Assembly (NCBI GenBank): GCA_977030845.1 | Contig: OZ365115.1 | Span: forward strand, 29,884,001 to 29,948,000 | Direction of reading: 5' to 3' | Length of the DNA stretch: 64,000 nt | Source of the DNA: Fimbriosthenelais zetlandica | Taxonomy: Eukaryota | In this document: piece after piece, positions 11,601 through 23,723 of the stretch | Numbering within the stretch: position 1 is the stretch's first letter | Layout of the letters: every line of letters starts with the position of its first letter | Notes under the pieces: model-generated | The model's input: the letters and a program-made list of their open reading frames with translations, nothing else | Told to the model about the DNA's origin: nothing | Databases searched by the model: none | Made by a program: the position numbers and the translations under genes

Positions 11601-12301
11601 GAGTATCCTTGGTGTCATCCTTATCTTTGTCCTCGACCGTCAAGTACAGCTACAGTATGTGCTCACATCTGGCTTCCTTATCTTCGGTACGACCATCATC
11701 CAACTCATTATCTTCATACCAAAAGTAAGCTAAGTTTTATTTCTTTGATTACTTTATATATGGACACATGGAACAATGAGCTGCTCAATAAAATATGGGC
11801 GAACGGTGCCGGTGTCACACAGGGGTGCCACCTCGTGGGCAATAAGCAACTACATTGTACATGTACATTGAGCAACTAAGGTTAAACTTAGTGCAAAAAG
11901 GTTACATATTTCCAATGGAAAATAGATTATGTGAATTCAATAATTTTGTGTAAATGGGAATGTAGGAAGGGGAAAGAGTATGACGACGGCGGAAAACAAG
12001 ATATAATTCATAGGATTTAGTATTTTTCACAAATATAATTATTCAATATCCCGTATCGCTTTTAAAGGTGCTCAAATTCAGAGATGCTAAGAATCAAGTG
12101 GAGGAGGAGGGTTCAGAAACCGGGACACAAGTTGGTAAGACACCTGGCACTATGACCACTGTACTCGAGGATAACAAGGAGATGGACAGTCTGAAGAAGG
12201 AAAATGAATCACTCAAGGAAGAGCTGGCTAAAGTAAAAGACCAGTTAAAGAAGACTGAAGGGGAACTGTCTGACGCCAAGAAGAAACTTGACCATAAATA
12301 A
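5622..12301 (+). CDS. GABA-B receptor-like class C GPCR (~790 aa; Venus flytrap domain, 7TM, C-terminal coiled coil)
   Basis: 16 frame-consistent exons: 5622-5885, 6018-6155, 7350-7520, 7603-7704, 7823-7888, 8027-8165, 8372-8566, 9623-9778, 9937-10014, 10132-10282, 10465-10582, 10691-10795, 10985-11107, 11290-11433, 11536-11724, 12068-12301 (2373 nt). Motifs GAWPGG, GCSIVS, SPALSD, YDGVWAIAL, IKMSSPVMNN, FAKTWRV, IPALNDSQYIGMCIYNV and FIPK are diagnostic of the GABA-B family. The start codon may instead be 5640. Confidence 0.93.
6192..7263. mobile_element. Non-autonomous Tc1/mariner-type (pogo/Tigger-like) DNA transposon in intron 2 of the GABA-B-like gene
   Basis: Flanked by TA at 6190-6191 and 7264-7265. 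Termini CAGTGCTCCCCCCCGATACCGACCACC and GGTGGTCGGATGGGGAGGGAGCACTG are imperfect inverted repeats. 1072 bp, no transposase ORF, with repeated TGGTCGG subterminal motifs. Confidence 0.85.
10583..10690 (+). other. Non-canonical GC-AG intron (intron 11) of the GABA-B-like gene
   Basis: Only the AAG|GCGTGT donor keeps frame while retaining the conserved pre-TM3 cysteine (LLCK|VRTL, compare GABBR2 LCTVRTW). Nearby GT options are out of frame or delete the Cys. Confidence 0.75.
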
Positions 12302-14335
12302 GAGGATTAGCTGCATTCTCGTAATGAACAGTTACGAGACAGCTTTGTTGGTGCAAATTATGATGTGTAGAAACTGAAGTCCTACCAGTTAGTCTCACTA
12401 TTTATTGCTATTCCCACACTTTAATTTTTAAAACTCTTAACATATAGGGTGATGACAATTCGGATATTTTCACAAGTGTTCCCCTTTAATAGATATTTTC
12501 CAAATTAATGATATACTTGTATCTCCATTTCTTCCATGTGTCACATTTCTACAACGTTAATATCTTTATTTTGTGGAGATTTTCACTTGACTCCGTAAAC
12601 CTGTGAAATGACTATACAATCATGTAGAGAAATGAAACTTACGATGTGTGAGATCCAGGTGTTTATTAAGACACACTATCTTTATCCAAAGACAATTTTA
12701 CAGAGAGGTGGCTGCCAAAACACTGATGTGATGTACCAAGTACAGAATTCACTGCATAACATTACTGATAAAATATAGGATTGTGAATTATGACAGTAAT
12801 TTGATGTGTAAGGAACTTCACCTATATGACAGATAAAACCTAGAAGGTGTGCACCAAAGTGATTGTAGCCTTAGGATGAACAAAATGTAACCTTAAATGG
12901 CGTAAACTAATAACTTTCAATGGCTGGAACACAGATACATCGATGAGAAATAGTGTCAAACAGTTGAGGATTATACACGTGAGCAATATGTCAATATCTC
13001 TGAGCACATATAGTTCCTAATCCCAAGTGCTGAAAAGCAATCCACTGTTATTCCAGATTTATGATGTATACTGGACCTCATTTTATCCATTTTCAACACT
13101 TTCGTGTTCTAACATCCTTTATACTAACAAAACCCAGTGATGGGTCAATTGCAATAAAAAATAACCCGCTAGGTGATCACAACTTCATATGACTTAGAAC
13201 AAGGTTGACTGGCTCCAACATTAATTTGTTGCTTGATTAATGCTTCATACCGAGAACCAGGATTCTAAATTTAAATTTAACTAAATACTTCAATCAAAAA
13301 TGAATCAGAAGTAAACTTTGTCAGAATTTCTGCTCAATTTTTGTTAGAAAGCGTCAGAAGATGTGAACATCAAGACAAGAAACAAGCTGACAGATAAGTT
13401 TTAACAATATAACCGAAATCAGCGCATATCAACAACAGATGTTCCCAAATGAAAACCTGATAATTTCATCCAAACAAAGATAAACAATTTCATATACATC
13501 AAGAATACAAAGCCAATACATTTCAAACTCCATCTTGTGTCTAGGAAATGCAGCTAAAGATTAACAAACTTGATCCCTTTGACATTGGTCCGCGAATCAT
13601 GACATTAAATGCCATAAGTCTTGTACAAAAATCTCTTTAAAATCAGTTGTAACTCAAAATCAATCATAAGTTAACTAATTTGTGGCGATCAGAGGTTAAA
13701 AATATACAAATTAAATTCTACAAATCCTAGTTCTAGATATAATTTTTTTCAAAAGAAATAAGTCACTCGAGGCATATAAACATAAGTAGTGTTTTCAGGT
13801 GAAGCCATTACCCTTGTCACACACAGAGATGAGAGAAGAAGCGTGCAGATATTGCCTCTAACAAGTTTTTTTTCCAAGAAAGATTTCCAACAAAGACAAC
13901 GTAAGAACACTAACAGACACGCCATAACAATGGATAACAACTTGACTTTTACAAGGATTTTTCTGTAATATTCTCTGATGAGCTTTCACTACAAATGAGA
14001 TCTAAATTCATTTTCTCAACATTTTTCTCCAAAGGGAATGGCAATAATTATATATGAAGTAAATTTTCGTTTGCAAAGTTAAATATTTATGTGCATATGG
14101 TACCTTGAAGTGACTTGTGTTCATCAATAAGTTACAATGCAAATTTGACAGCAGTATCATTATGACATTTCAGATTATTGGGGAAAATGAATTTCCAAAG
14201 GAATGTTGTCAATAATGGCAATATCCATATTAAACAGTTAACCTTGGGTGGCATACCCATTAAGTCCTAACAGATACGAGTCTGTAACAATTTAATTCTA
14301 CCCTCATACGTTCAGTCTAAGCGCTCTCTTCTAGT

Positions 14336-17163
14336 TTAGGATGGACTACTAAGTGCAGATAGCGGTTCATCTCCATTGCCTGGATATTCTGGTTCCCACC
14401 ACCTCAACACACGAACATTAACAACTGGATCTATGAGCATCACTGTACCACTCTCCAGTGAGTGCCTGTCCATCACCTTGCCATTCTGCTGGGTGGAAAT
14501 CAGTCTGAGTTTATAATAGCGCATTGCATGGCCCACACTAATGGAGGCCCTCTGTAGCGTATGCCCCATGATGACAGGTAGGGCTATGTAGTTAGTGGTC
14601 ACCACTTGTAACACCTTATTGTCCTCCTCATCGTTGTTGCAAACATCAGGTTCAAAATTCCACAGGTGTTGGCTCCGATCTGGAAGCGTGTGGCTGCAGG
14701 GAGTGCGGCCACGTTTCTTGAACTTAAAGAAAAAGTGCCAGGCATTTTTAACTCGTTTGTACCACATGAGCTGACACATGTGGCCTTCTAGGGTGTCCAG
14801 CTGCTGCTCAAAGGGCACAGTCGTCTTGATTCGCTGAACGAAGGGGCTGTAGACGATGAAGAGGGTCTTCACAACTCGTGTTCTCAGACCATGGATTTTA
14901 GCCATGAAGCGGGGTTGAAGCTGTTTAGGTAGAGTTACTTCTTCAGCAGTATATCTGTAACCAAATATTAATCAAAGATTAGTTCCCAATGGCATAGGTA
15001 TTTAATTAGCTAAATAATTATTGGATTGTTCAAAGAATATTTTCCTGAAAGTGTAGGCAATTTTCATAATACATACGATTTTATTCCTCTCACACCCAAA
15101 ATGGAATGTGAAAATCTAAGATAAATCTAAAATAAATTGTTAAAGTTGAATTTACTAAGACAGTACACTAATCTTATTAGGGCGGGCCTCACTCACCGAC
15201 GGTAGAGAGTATTCCAGAAGCGGGCTGTATGAATGATATCATGAGAGTGTTTACAGATAGCTGAGAAGACAGATACTGATTCAGGTTTGATCCAGTCTCC
15301 AATGAGGAACCACACATCTATAGGATACACCACTCCGCCCTCGAATCTCTTTACATTCTTCTTCACCTTGGCCTTCGGTGGGCCACTACAGCCACCTTCA
15401 AAGAAAGAAAAAATAAGTTCATTAATATCGTTTTATCAAGAACATAATTAAATTTAGATTGCCAATAAACATATTTATAAACGTCTATACCTATTGCCCC
15501 CTCCTCCTCTTGGTCCTTATCCTCACTCTCAGTCTCATTCTCACTTTGCACCTCAAAATCAGAGAGATCCTTCTCGTCCCAGGCTAGATCATCCTTGTTT
15601 TGTGTAGAACCTTCCATGCCCTTAACTGAAAAGTTTACAAAATGAAATCGTTAAAATTTTTTCGATAAAGGTAGGACTATATTTTATTGCTATTACTGGA
15701 TTCATGTGATGACAAATATTGAGCATGAATGCCTGTCGATAGGCCTATATTTTAAATATAATATAGGCCTATCAGTACCAGGACAGGTAAACACTAAATA
15801 GCCTATCCATATACTTGTAATATAAACACTAATAGCCTATCCCTATTATATAGACCTATAGCAATTTTGCTCACCATTGACTTTCCAAGCATTCTTAGCA
15901 CCCTTTTTCATCCGATTTTGTTTGCCAGCTGAAGTCTGAGGAGCATCTGCGTAGTCCGACAGCGTGAAATCTGTAAAATCAAAACAAAATATTGAGTTAA
16001 AATTGTGAATTGCTATTGCTAACTGGAAATACCTTAGTAGGCCTATGCTACTTTGGGTAGGGTCAACTCCGGCCAGAGAACAAATGTGTCTAGGCACTGG
16101 GTTTATATCACAAATAGATCTATAATTTATAATCCTTATAATAAGGGCAACACCCAGTCACTGGGTAGGCCTACCTGGTAGCCTATGACTATGTTCACCT
16201 TGATCACCTATAAAGCTGTGAGATTAAGACCAAATTGGACAGAAATCTCAAATGAGCCTACCACCGACAGTAGACCTGTATATAAGTGGAACCTTGGACT
16301 TTGGAGGGCTAGGTGTTACGAAACCTTGCCAGATCTTGCGAAATAGCTTAACCAGGAATAGGAATGTAAACATCGATAGGTGACCCAGTAAATGAGTTGG
16401 AATAGGCCTGTGGCATAGGACAAATATTAGGCCAAGGATTTAATAACAATACAAGGACCTAGGCTTAGCAAAATGAGCTTTTAAAATAAAATACCAGTAT
16501 TATAAATATTGGCATATTATTATTAGGATATAAATAGTACGGGACATATCTGCTCCTGGGTTGACGGCCCCCTTTTTAGGCTTTTAAATTTGTTTTGCCA
16601 TTTTACCATTTTGGATCCCAATCATGTAATTATTTCCCCCATTCCAATCAACACGGTTATACCAGTAAAACGAAACAATATCTGATACATTTTTGGGGCC
16701 AGCGGATTAAGAGGGGACAGTGAAAGCGTCTAGACAGACTGATGTCTGTGTCTGAGACAAGGTACCGGTTTCTCCCCAGGTCTTCCCACCTGACGGGAAA
16801 CCCTACATCCCCCGACGTCACCAAAAATGATGTAACCACCGGTCCTCACCGTCCTGCACAAACTGGACATACATTTCTATAAAATCAGCCATTTTTCATC
16901 CTTATTCGACCTCAAAATCTCATACTCGCGAATCTGGAGTGGATGGTTTGCATTGTTAGTGCAAAGAGTGCAATTCGACGGTGTGTATTGGCACAGACCG
17001 ACTAAGGATTTTTTGAAAATATTTTATGAGGAGTGTCCTACCTCTCGTGACCCTCACGATCCGAGGGTGGAGATGAATCGCGCTAAAACTCACCAATTTG
17101 GGTGCTTTGCTGGCTTGTCTGCCGGTCTTTCTCCGGCCTCGCCTTCCTCGAAGACTTAGGCAT
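14336..17163 (-). CDS. TMEM183: TMEM183 family protein (F-box-like motif), 372 aa, 5 exons
   Basis: Exons 17163-17094, 15970-15875, 15625-15491, 15395-15197, 14954-14336 (1119 nt, GT-AG, frame-consistent). MPKSSRK..., TLSDYAD, YPIDVWFLIGDWIKPESV...FWNTLYRRY and IDPVVNVRVLRWWEPEYP correspond to human TMEM183A MPKRGK, TVADYAN, YPMDIWLLLASYIRPEDI...FWTRLYRRHY and LDPVHSVRLFDWWHPQYP (recalled, not searched). Confidence 0.92.
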
Positions 17164-17239
17164 CTTGCCCTGTCTTCGATTAACAATGTCCCCTTGCTAA
17201 TCGGGTCCATTTTGGGAAAAATGTGGAAGATGTGTTGTA

Positions 17240-17360
17240 GATTGGACGTGTTCCTCCGGGATCTGATGCCATTTTGGATTCATTACCTCTGCGCATGCGC
17301 CAATCTCGACTGGAAAATTGCATGCTGGGAATGACACACTTTTTCATTGAGAAAATGGCT
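17240..17360. promoter_or_regulatory. Bidirectional promoter shared by TMEM183 and liprin-alpha
   Basis: Central NRF1-type TGCGCATGCGC 17290-17300, CCAAT boxes at 17241-17245 (ATTGG) and 17300-17304, and outward-facing YY1-type AAAATGGC on each strand (17268-17275 minus, 17352-17359 plus). The two ATGs are 481 bp apart. Confidence 0.7.
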
Positions 17361-17643
17361 CCCTGAAGATAGGCGAGTAGGGCCAGGATTGAAGGATATT
17401 AGGCTTATTTTTGAGGTTCCAGGTATCATGTGTGTTACCCAGTAGGACTGCGAAGGATTTGGATTCGTGGAATATGTATAAATGCGGTGCCCAGGATGTA
17501 AGGGGGCTCCAAAATCGGGACGGCAATTTGAGTCTCTACTGACGGAGGAGGGAGTGGATGCTTCTACTTGACGAAGCCGATGATTTTGGCTTCGATTTGA
17601 TTATATTGTAGTTTGTGATTTGACAGAGGAAAAAGCCTTCAAG

Positions 17644-17883
17644 ATGATGTGCGATGTGATGCCCACCATCTCCGAGGATGGGTCCAACGATAGGGACTCC
17701 CAATACTCGGGAGATGATGCCAACTTCGAACAGTTAATGGTGAACATGCTTGATGAGCGTGATAAGCTAATGGAAACGCTGAGAGAGACACAGGAGAAAC
17801 TAGCCATTGCTTCAGCCAAGCTCGGAGAAACCGAGCGCGAAAGGGATACAATTCAAAAACAACTGTCCACTAATGCGCCTCAG
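17644..17883 (+). CDS. PPFIA: Liprin-alpha (PPFIA/SYD-2) first coding exon, 80 aa; the rest of the gene lies beyond the window
   Basis: MMCDVMPTISEDG...SGDDANFEQLMVNMLDERDKLMETLRETQE...NAPQ is the conserved liprin-alpha N-terminus. It ends at a phase-0 CAG|GTAAG donor and is preceded by an acceptor (TTGACAG, 17626), implying a 5' UTR exon. Confidence 0.95.
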
Positions 17884-18448
17884 GTAAGAAATTTATTCTT
17901 AATACATGTATGATCAAGTAAAACACTGTCTGTTGCAGGCTTAATTCTCTGGCAGCCAGACGTGCAGCGCCGGGAGTCTGCCGTGGTTCATGGATTCATA
18001 AATATGATGAGCAGGCAACCCCAAGCAAGTCAGAGAATCACCACCACACCACCACCACTGTACCAGCCTCATGATGCTGCTTACTGCTCAATTCCATTGA
18101 TCTAAAGCACTTAGAAGCATTGTGTTAGTAAAGGTATTTAGTCTGAACCATGCTTGACTGATGGGGTATGTTTTATTTGATGTTAAATGTGTGAACATGA
18201 CCCTGGCATTGCTTTCTTCCCCGCCCCTCCTCCCCTCAGGAATGAGTGGGTTCAGGTTCTATCCTATATCCAGTGTTTTGGATGAGGGAGACTGGCTCTA
18301 TTATAGTGCCAGAGATGTGTGTGACAGTGGGTCTCTGAGCTTAACACAGACACTGACAAGATGCTTCAGACATAGCAGTGTCACCTGAAAATTTATGTCT
18401 GCAAATGGTTCAGCAAAAACATTAATGCATGTAGCTTAGTAGGCCTAA

Positions 18449-18514
18449 ATGTGAATGTGTATTGAGAAATATGTGAATGTGTATTGGGAAATATGTGAAT
18501 GTGTATTGGGAAAT
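18449..18514. repeat. 22-bp tandem repeat, 3 copies
   Basis: ATGTGAATGTGTATTG(A/G)GAAAT at 18449, 18471 and 18493. Confidence 0.9.
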
Positions 18515-21512
18515 ATTTTAAGTTGAAATGGAATGTAGAAGGGTTTTCACTTCCAAGAATATCAGAATATTTCTGACTATACTTAATTTGTTCCAAGATT
18601 ATAAATTTACCCGTATGTCATTCATTTCATTTGCTTGATTGAAAATGTTAGGTCTATTCCATTCTATTGAATCTAACCTCAAGTCGACAAGAATTCCCAA
18701 ATATCTTTATTTACCAGGTTTAGTAACGGGTAGGCCTATATTATAGGTTTATATAAAAACCTATTCATGGGAATGTTAGTAGCGTAGTTTTACTGATCTA
18801 TCCAAACACAAATGAATAAAATATGCATTATTATAGGACAATCTATGTAATTGTTTGGACAAAATGATCTTCATTTTTGATGCAACATTTTCCTTGTATA
18901 ATGGATGCACCAACCAGTCAAGTGATGTATTATGTAAGAGCTGGCATGAGTAATTAGCACACAAGCCAGCTGGGTGTATAGCTTTACATCTGTCAGTGTG
19001 ATCTCTGGATAGGATTACCTTTATTGGATATTATGGAAGATGAATATCAGATTAATAGATATTGCCTTCAAGATGACCAAACAATCCAATGATAAAACAC
19101 CAGAGCTCTTTATTGTGATTAGGAATTCAATACACGTGTTATTGTTTTAGGCCATTCTGACCACAGCAAATAGCTAATATTTATAAGAATAAGACCACCG
19201 AATATTGTTTATGAAGTCACTGCTTGACGTCAGTAATGCGGTTTTGGGATTATTCCTTAATGTCACTGAGAAGTAGGCCTATATCATTTCACATAACGAA
19301 AAAAAATGATGAAGAAAACTTGTAAGCCGACTAATTATTTATGAGAGCTGCAGGAGTTATGCAATCAGTATTGAATAATCCAATGCCATCCTAATCCCTT
19401 CAATTTCATTGTCAATGCTCATGTGCTGTAAACTAAATATAATAAGTTAGAAGGTCTGACCCTGACACTGCGATTTGACTACTATCCCTATTAAATGTGT
19501 ATTGAGGGGAAGGACCATGCATTACATGTATTCCAGCTATAAAGGTTTTGTAATTGCCATGGGGCCTTGTTATGGTTTGAGCATTGTAAAAATGGTTGGC
19601 AGAGGTTGAGATGTAAATTATCTGTGAGCTACATGTCATGTAGGTGACCAGCTCGAGCCTGGGAGGAGGTCACGCTGGTTCAATTTGATATTCACCCACG
19701 AGACGTGGCCTATAAAGGAATGATAGGTAGCCGCCGGCTAGATTAGCCCACTGATGTTCAACCTACTAGAGAGGTCTGCCTCTCACTACATGACATGTGA
19801 AGGACCTTAAGACCTTTGCCATACTTTCCCTCCAAAGCTTGGACTCTGTCCCAACTTTACAAAAAATTAGCATACATATGGAGGAACATTATTTGGCACC
19901 GAAATGTAAATGGGTCCTTTTTATCACATGACTGAAATAATATTTGTACTATTCCTCCTTTGATATCTATGTGATTGCTGATATCCCGAGACAGGACGGA
20001 AAGTGCTACACTTGAAATTCAATTGTGATAATTTAATCAGTTGTTCAAAATAACATATTTTAACGGATCGGTCTTTGATAGTAACAAATTGAGGTATGTT
20101 AGATTTTTTAAATTGCTCAATATTTTAATTTGTGTCTGGTGGTACATAATATTTCGGCATAATTTTATTTTTCTGTGATCTTGGGGAAATAATCAAGGAA
20201 GGGTAGCTACTGTCGGCCTTGGTGAATACCTTTTGTGCTTAAGATCCTGAGTGCATTCTAGAGTGTTTCAGTTCACCTGCCATAGTCTAGATCCGGCCTG
20301 AAAAAACCACAACTCCTATTAGGTTACCTTTATGCAATGGATGAATGGAACGATCACTAGAGCCAGGCTATATCAGTTTTACAAAAACCAAGATTTACTT
20401 AGTGTATAATTGTGTGGGACCAAAGCAAATGAGGGTCCTTCTGTACTCATATTGCTGGAATCAATGACTACTATGCCTCAATCACTATATTCTGGCGAAT
20501 AATGAGTTGGATACAAAATATATTCGCACACTTGTTATGTCCAGTTCTAACTGAAGACATACCATGTTCACTGCATTGGCTTAAAAACAGTTAAACCATT
20601 GACAATCCAGGTCAGAAATGAACACTTGACCTCCTCTCCGTGAGCTGTTTAATGACTGTCCATTATAAGATAACGAGTGTGGGGAAGATAAAGCACAGAA
20701 ATGTGTGCCATCATAGATCAGTTGTAGGTTTAAGTGCAAATGGATCAAAGGCCAAATATGATAACGAATACTTGGCATATTTCTCCCACATGATCCCTGT
20801 TTTGTGCAATAGGTTTTTTTTTAGCTTTATCTTTTGTAATATATTTTGTTTCAAAGTCCCAATTCACAGATGTCGTAATTATTAAGTTATGGAAATGATT
20901 ATTGATGTTTTTCTAACATTGGAAAGAAAGAATTTTCATGATGAAAAAAACTCTGTAAACAATGACAAAGTTGCTCCATCTAGTCAATCATACCTGGGGC
21001 CTGGGAGAAAAAAAGGTAGCCAAAATAAATACCTTCACGTTTCACTAAAAATACATGGAACAATAATGGCAGTACATTCCTGCACACAAACATCGCAGCT
21101 CGACTATTTCGTTCAAATGGCTTTCCAGATTGACTGGGAGTAGAATCCAATCTACCGGCACATAAAAATGACTTTTGTGTTTTGCTGAGCTCTTCCTCAC
21201 TCGACCTCAGTCTAGATTAGACCGGACTGTTCGAGTAATCAGACCTCCAGTAATTAGTGCTAATGGAGCATTTCCCCACCCAGTCACACTAAAATGTCAA
21301 CACCCTGAACTGTGAGGAAATCACATTAATGTTGGGGGTTTTGGGTTTTTTTAGGGGTCGGGGGAACCGACTTGGCTCGAGTTTTGTTATTTTTTTAAGA
21401 GCAATCCCAAACATATTTTGGCAAATTCCTGTGGTATTGGAGTGACACATTCCGCCAGGAAGTGAGTCAGTTCAGCTCAGTCTCGGGGGTGGGCCATCAG
21501 GTGTTTCATCCG

Positions 21513-21536
21513 CCCCCCCCCCCCCCCCCCCCCCCC
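21513..21536. repeat. C24 homopolymer
   Basis: 24 consecutive C; shorter C/G runs occur near 24332, 31742, 49410, 51607 and 53515. Confidence 0.9.
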
Positions 21537-22751
21537 GCGAGCCACCACTCACCCCCACCCACAGATAGATCATGTTGGGTGTTTTACAACTAAGTGAGTT
21601 GAGGTATTTTATTTGTGAGTTTGACCTGAGCATATAATTTAGGAGACCTGGTATGTTACTCTACACCAATGTTCTCCTCTCAGACCTAACATTTCCACTC
21701 CTTTAACACGCGTGCTAAAAGCGTCATAATGTACACTGATAAAAACTATCAGTAATCATTGTTCTGGTTTGCACTCTAAGCTAATGCTAAGAGCTAAATG
21801 TTCAAGGTGAAAAATAGTCCATAAACTTAAAATCACCTTATGATTACATGATATATTACTAAGCAATGAGGTTGTCTAGCTTCAATTTTTTCAATATTTT
21901 TCTCATAAAATCTCTTTATGAAAGGAATTTAATTCGGTCCTCAAATGTCAATGATTTGCCAGATTCAATCCGTCTATTGATATCTGAGAAGAAGGTGGTT
22001 AGCCGTGCCTCTAATCCCTGGTACACATCCCTGCTATAGTGCCCCGCAGGTGACCCGCCTGCTTTGATCCTATCCTACCTTTATAATGTAGCCCAGGTAA
22101 TATCTTTATTACACATAATAAGAGGCAATCAGAGTGAGGGATCCTACCTTTTACTTGGTAATTAGGTAAACTTGAAGGCTTGGGACGCCAGACCTGCCCC
22201 TACCCCCTCCTGGCGCCATCATTATGATGCATGCTCTCTCCCTCTATTCTCCCCTCTTGTTCCCACTAATCTCATTCTAATTACTGCTATCACAGACAAA
22301 GTGGGCCTACATTATGATCCATACCTACATTGATCTTTCTTTACTACCCCCTATATATGCATTACAGCTTACTTTAGTTACTTACATCACTTACATCTAT
22401 ATTGCTTGGTGGTGTGAGAGATATATTTTGTCTTGTGCTTCATTTAACATGAAATTGCATAATGATATTAGTCTATTATTGAATATATATGAGAAGATGG
22501 CTTTATAATAAATGTCTTTCTATTAAAGGCCTACTAGGAAAGTGTTGTCTCACTCTAGATCGACAAATGATCTTTTCATGAGCGGTACTTAACATGCCCT
22601 TTCACTAATAATTCTAAAAGGATTTAATGAGAGATGACGTTTTGAATTCAGTCTCACGAAGGAATTGCTAGGATATATGATGACTGAATTTGTATGTCCT
22701 TTTCAATTCTAAGAAAATGAAAAAAAATATAGGAAATTTCTATTTTTGTAA

Positions 22752-22823
22752 TGCCCTTCCTCGATGTGTGCTATTCAGAGGAATTATTTTTTTTGTTCTG
22801 CCCTTCCTCGACCTGTGCTATTC
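22752..22823. repeat. Short direct repeat pair (25 bp, period 47)
   Basis: TGCCCTTCCTCGA(TG/CC)TGTGCTATTC at 22752 and 22799. Confidence 0.85.
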
Positions 22824-23575
22824 TGTAGCACTTCCACTACCAGAACTAGCACATACCATCACGGAACCTTTTGGGATATTTCCAGCAGCTGATTAATATT
22901 CCACCCACAGAGCTAGGTAAATCTACTCCACTGTCACTTGTCACACTCAACAACCACAGACCCGAACAAGACCTTATAACCTTACACCACACAATGTCCA
23001 AACTAAACTCAGTCTAAGTACTGTACCTTCAAGGCTTGTTGAAAAGCTGGAAAAAATGAATGGTCCTTAAATATCTTCATTCTCACTCTGAGTACAGATG
23101 GCTTAAAAATATACTCGATCGAGTAGTATTTTAGAGCTCTATGTAATTTATAATGTAGAGCTCTATAGAGCATTTGTAGAGCTCTAATATTAAGCTCTAT
23201 ATTTTTCATGGTTAAAAATATAACCACACATAATGGCATTACTTGATGTGTCGAGATGATGGACAATTTTATTTAAATTTTGATACTTTCCAGTACTATT
23301 TTCCGTCCATTTCACGCATTACAAAGAGAGAAACTGTCTGGTGTGATTTCTAGTATCTGACCTGCCTACTCCACCAGCCTGCCTCCACCTTATGCACCAG
23401 CTGGGCCTCTGATAACCCTGTTCCATTTCAACATGGGAATAGGTGATTCATAGCCCGTGATATAACTCAGGCCATATTCCCTAATCACCAGTTCCGGCTA
23501 ACCCCCCACCATCTCTCCTTATACCCTCCCTACTTGACAGATATGTAGCCATTTTATAGTATTTATCTTCAAATT

Positions 23576-23723
23576 CAGGATCTAGGATTTGGGAGGGGGG
23601 TTGGGGTGGCTGAGGGGGGGCAGCTCGTTGAAAGAGTGGGCCTATTTGGGCGACAAAAATCATCTCGGAAAGAAAAGGGGACGGGGGTGGTGATCCCCTG
23701 GCCCTGGACCCCCTGGATTCACC
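23576..23723. mobile_element. Degraded MITE-like element with GGATC(C/T)AGG...CCTGGAT(C/T)C-type ends
   Basis: GC-rich island in AT-rich context; left end CAGGATCTAGGATTTGGGAGGGGGG, right end CCCCCTGGATTCACCC. Termini are degraded and no target-site duplication was identified. Confidence 0.35.

Noticed and set aside
13975-13982. CTGATGAG hammerhead ribozyme core
   Set aside because: No stem II followed by GAAA and no flanking stems.
16657-17334. ORFs at 16657-16839, 16953-17159, 16956-17210 and 17098-17334
   Set aside because: They overlap TMEM183 exon 1, intron 1 and 5' UTR in other frames, with no recognisable homology.
18529-18545. miR-1-like TGGAATGTA
   Set aside because: Only the seed region matches, and there is no pre-miRNA-length hairpin.
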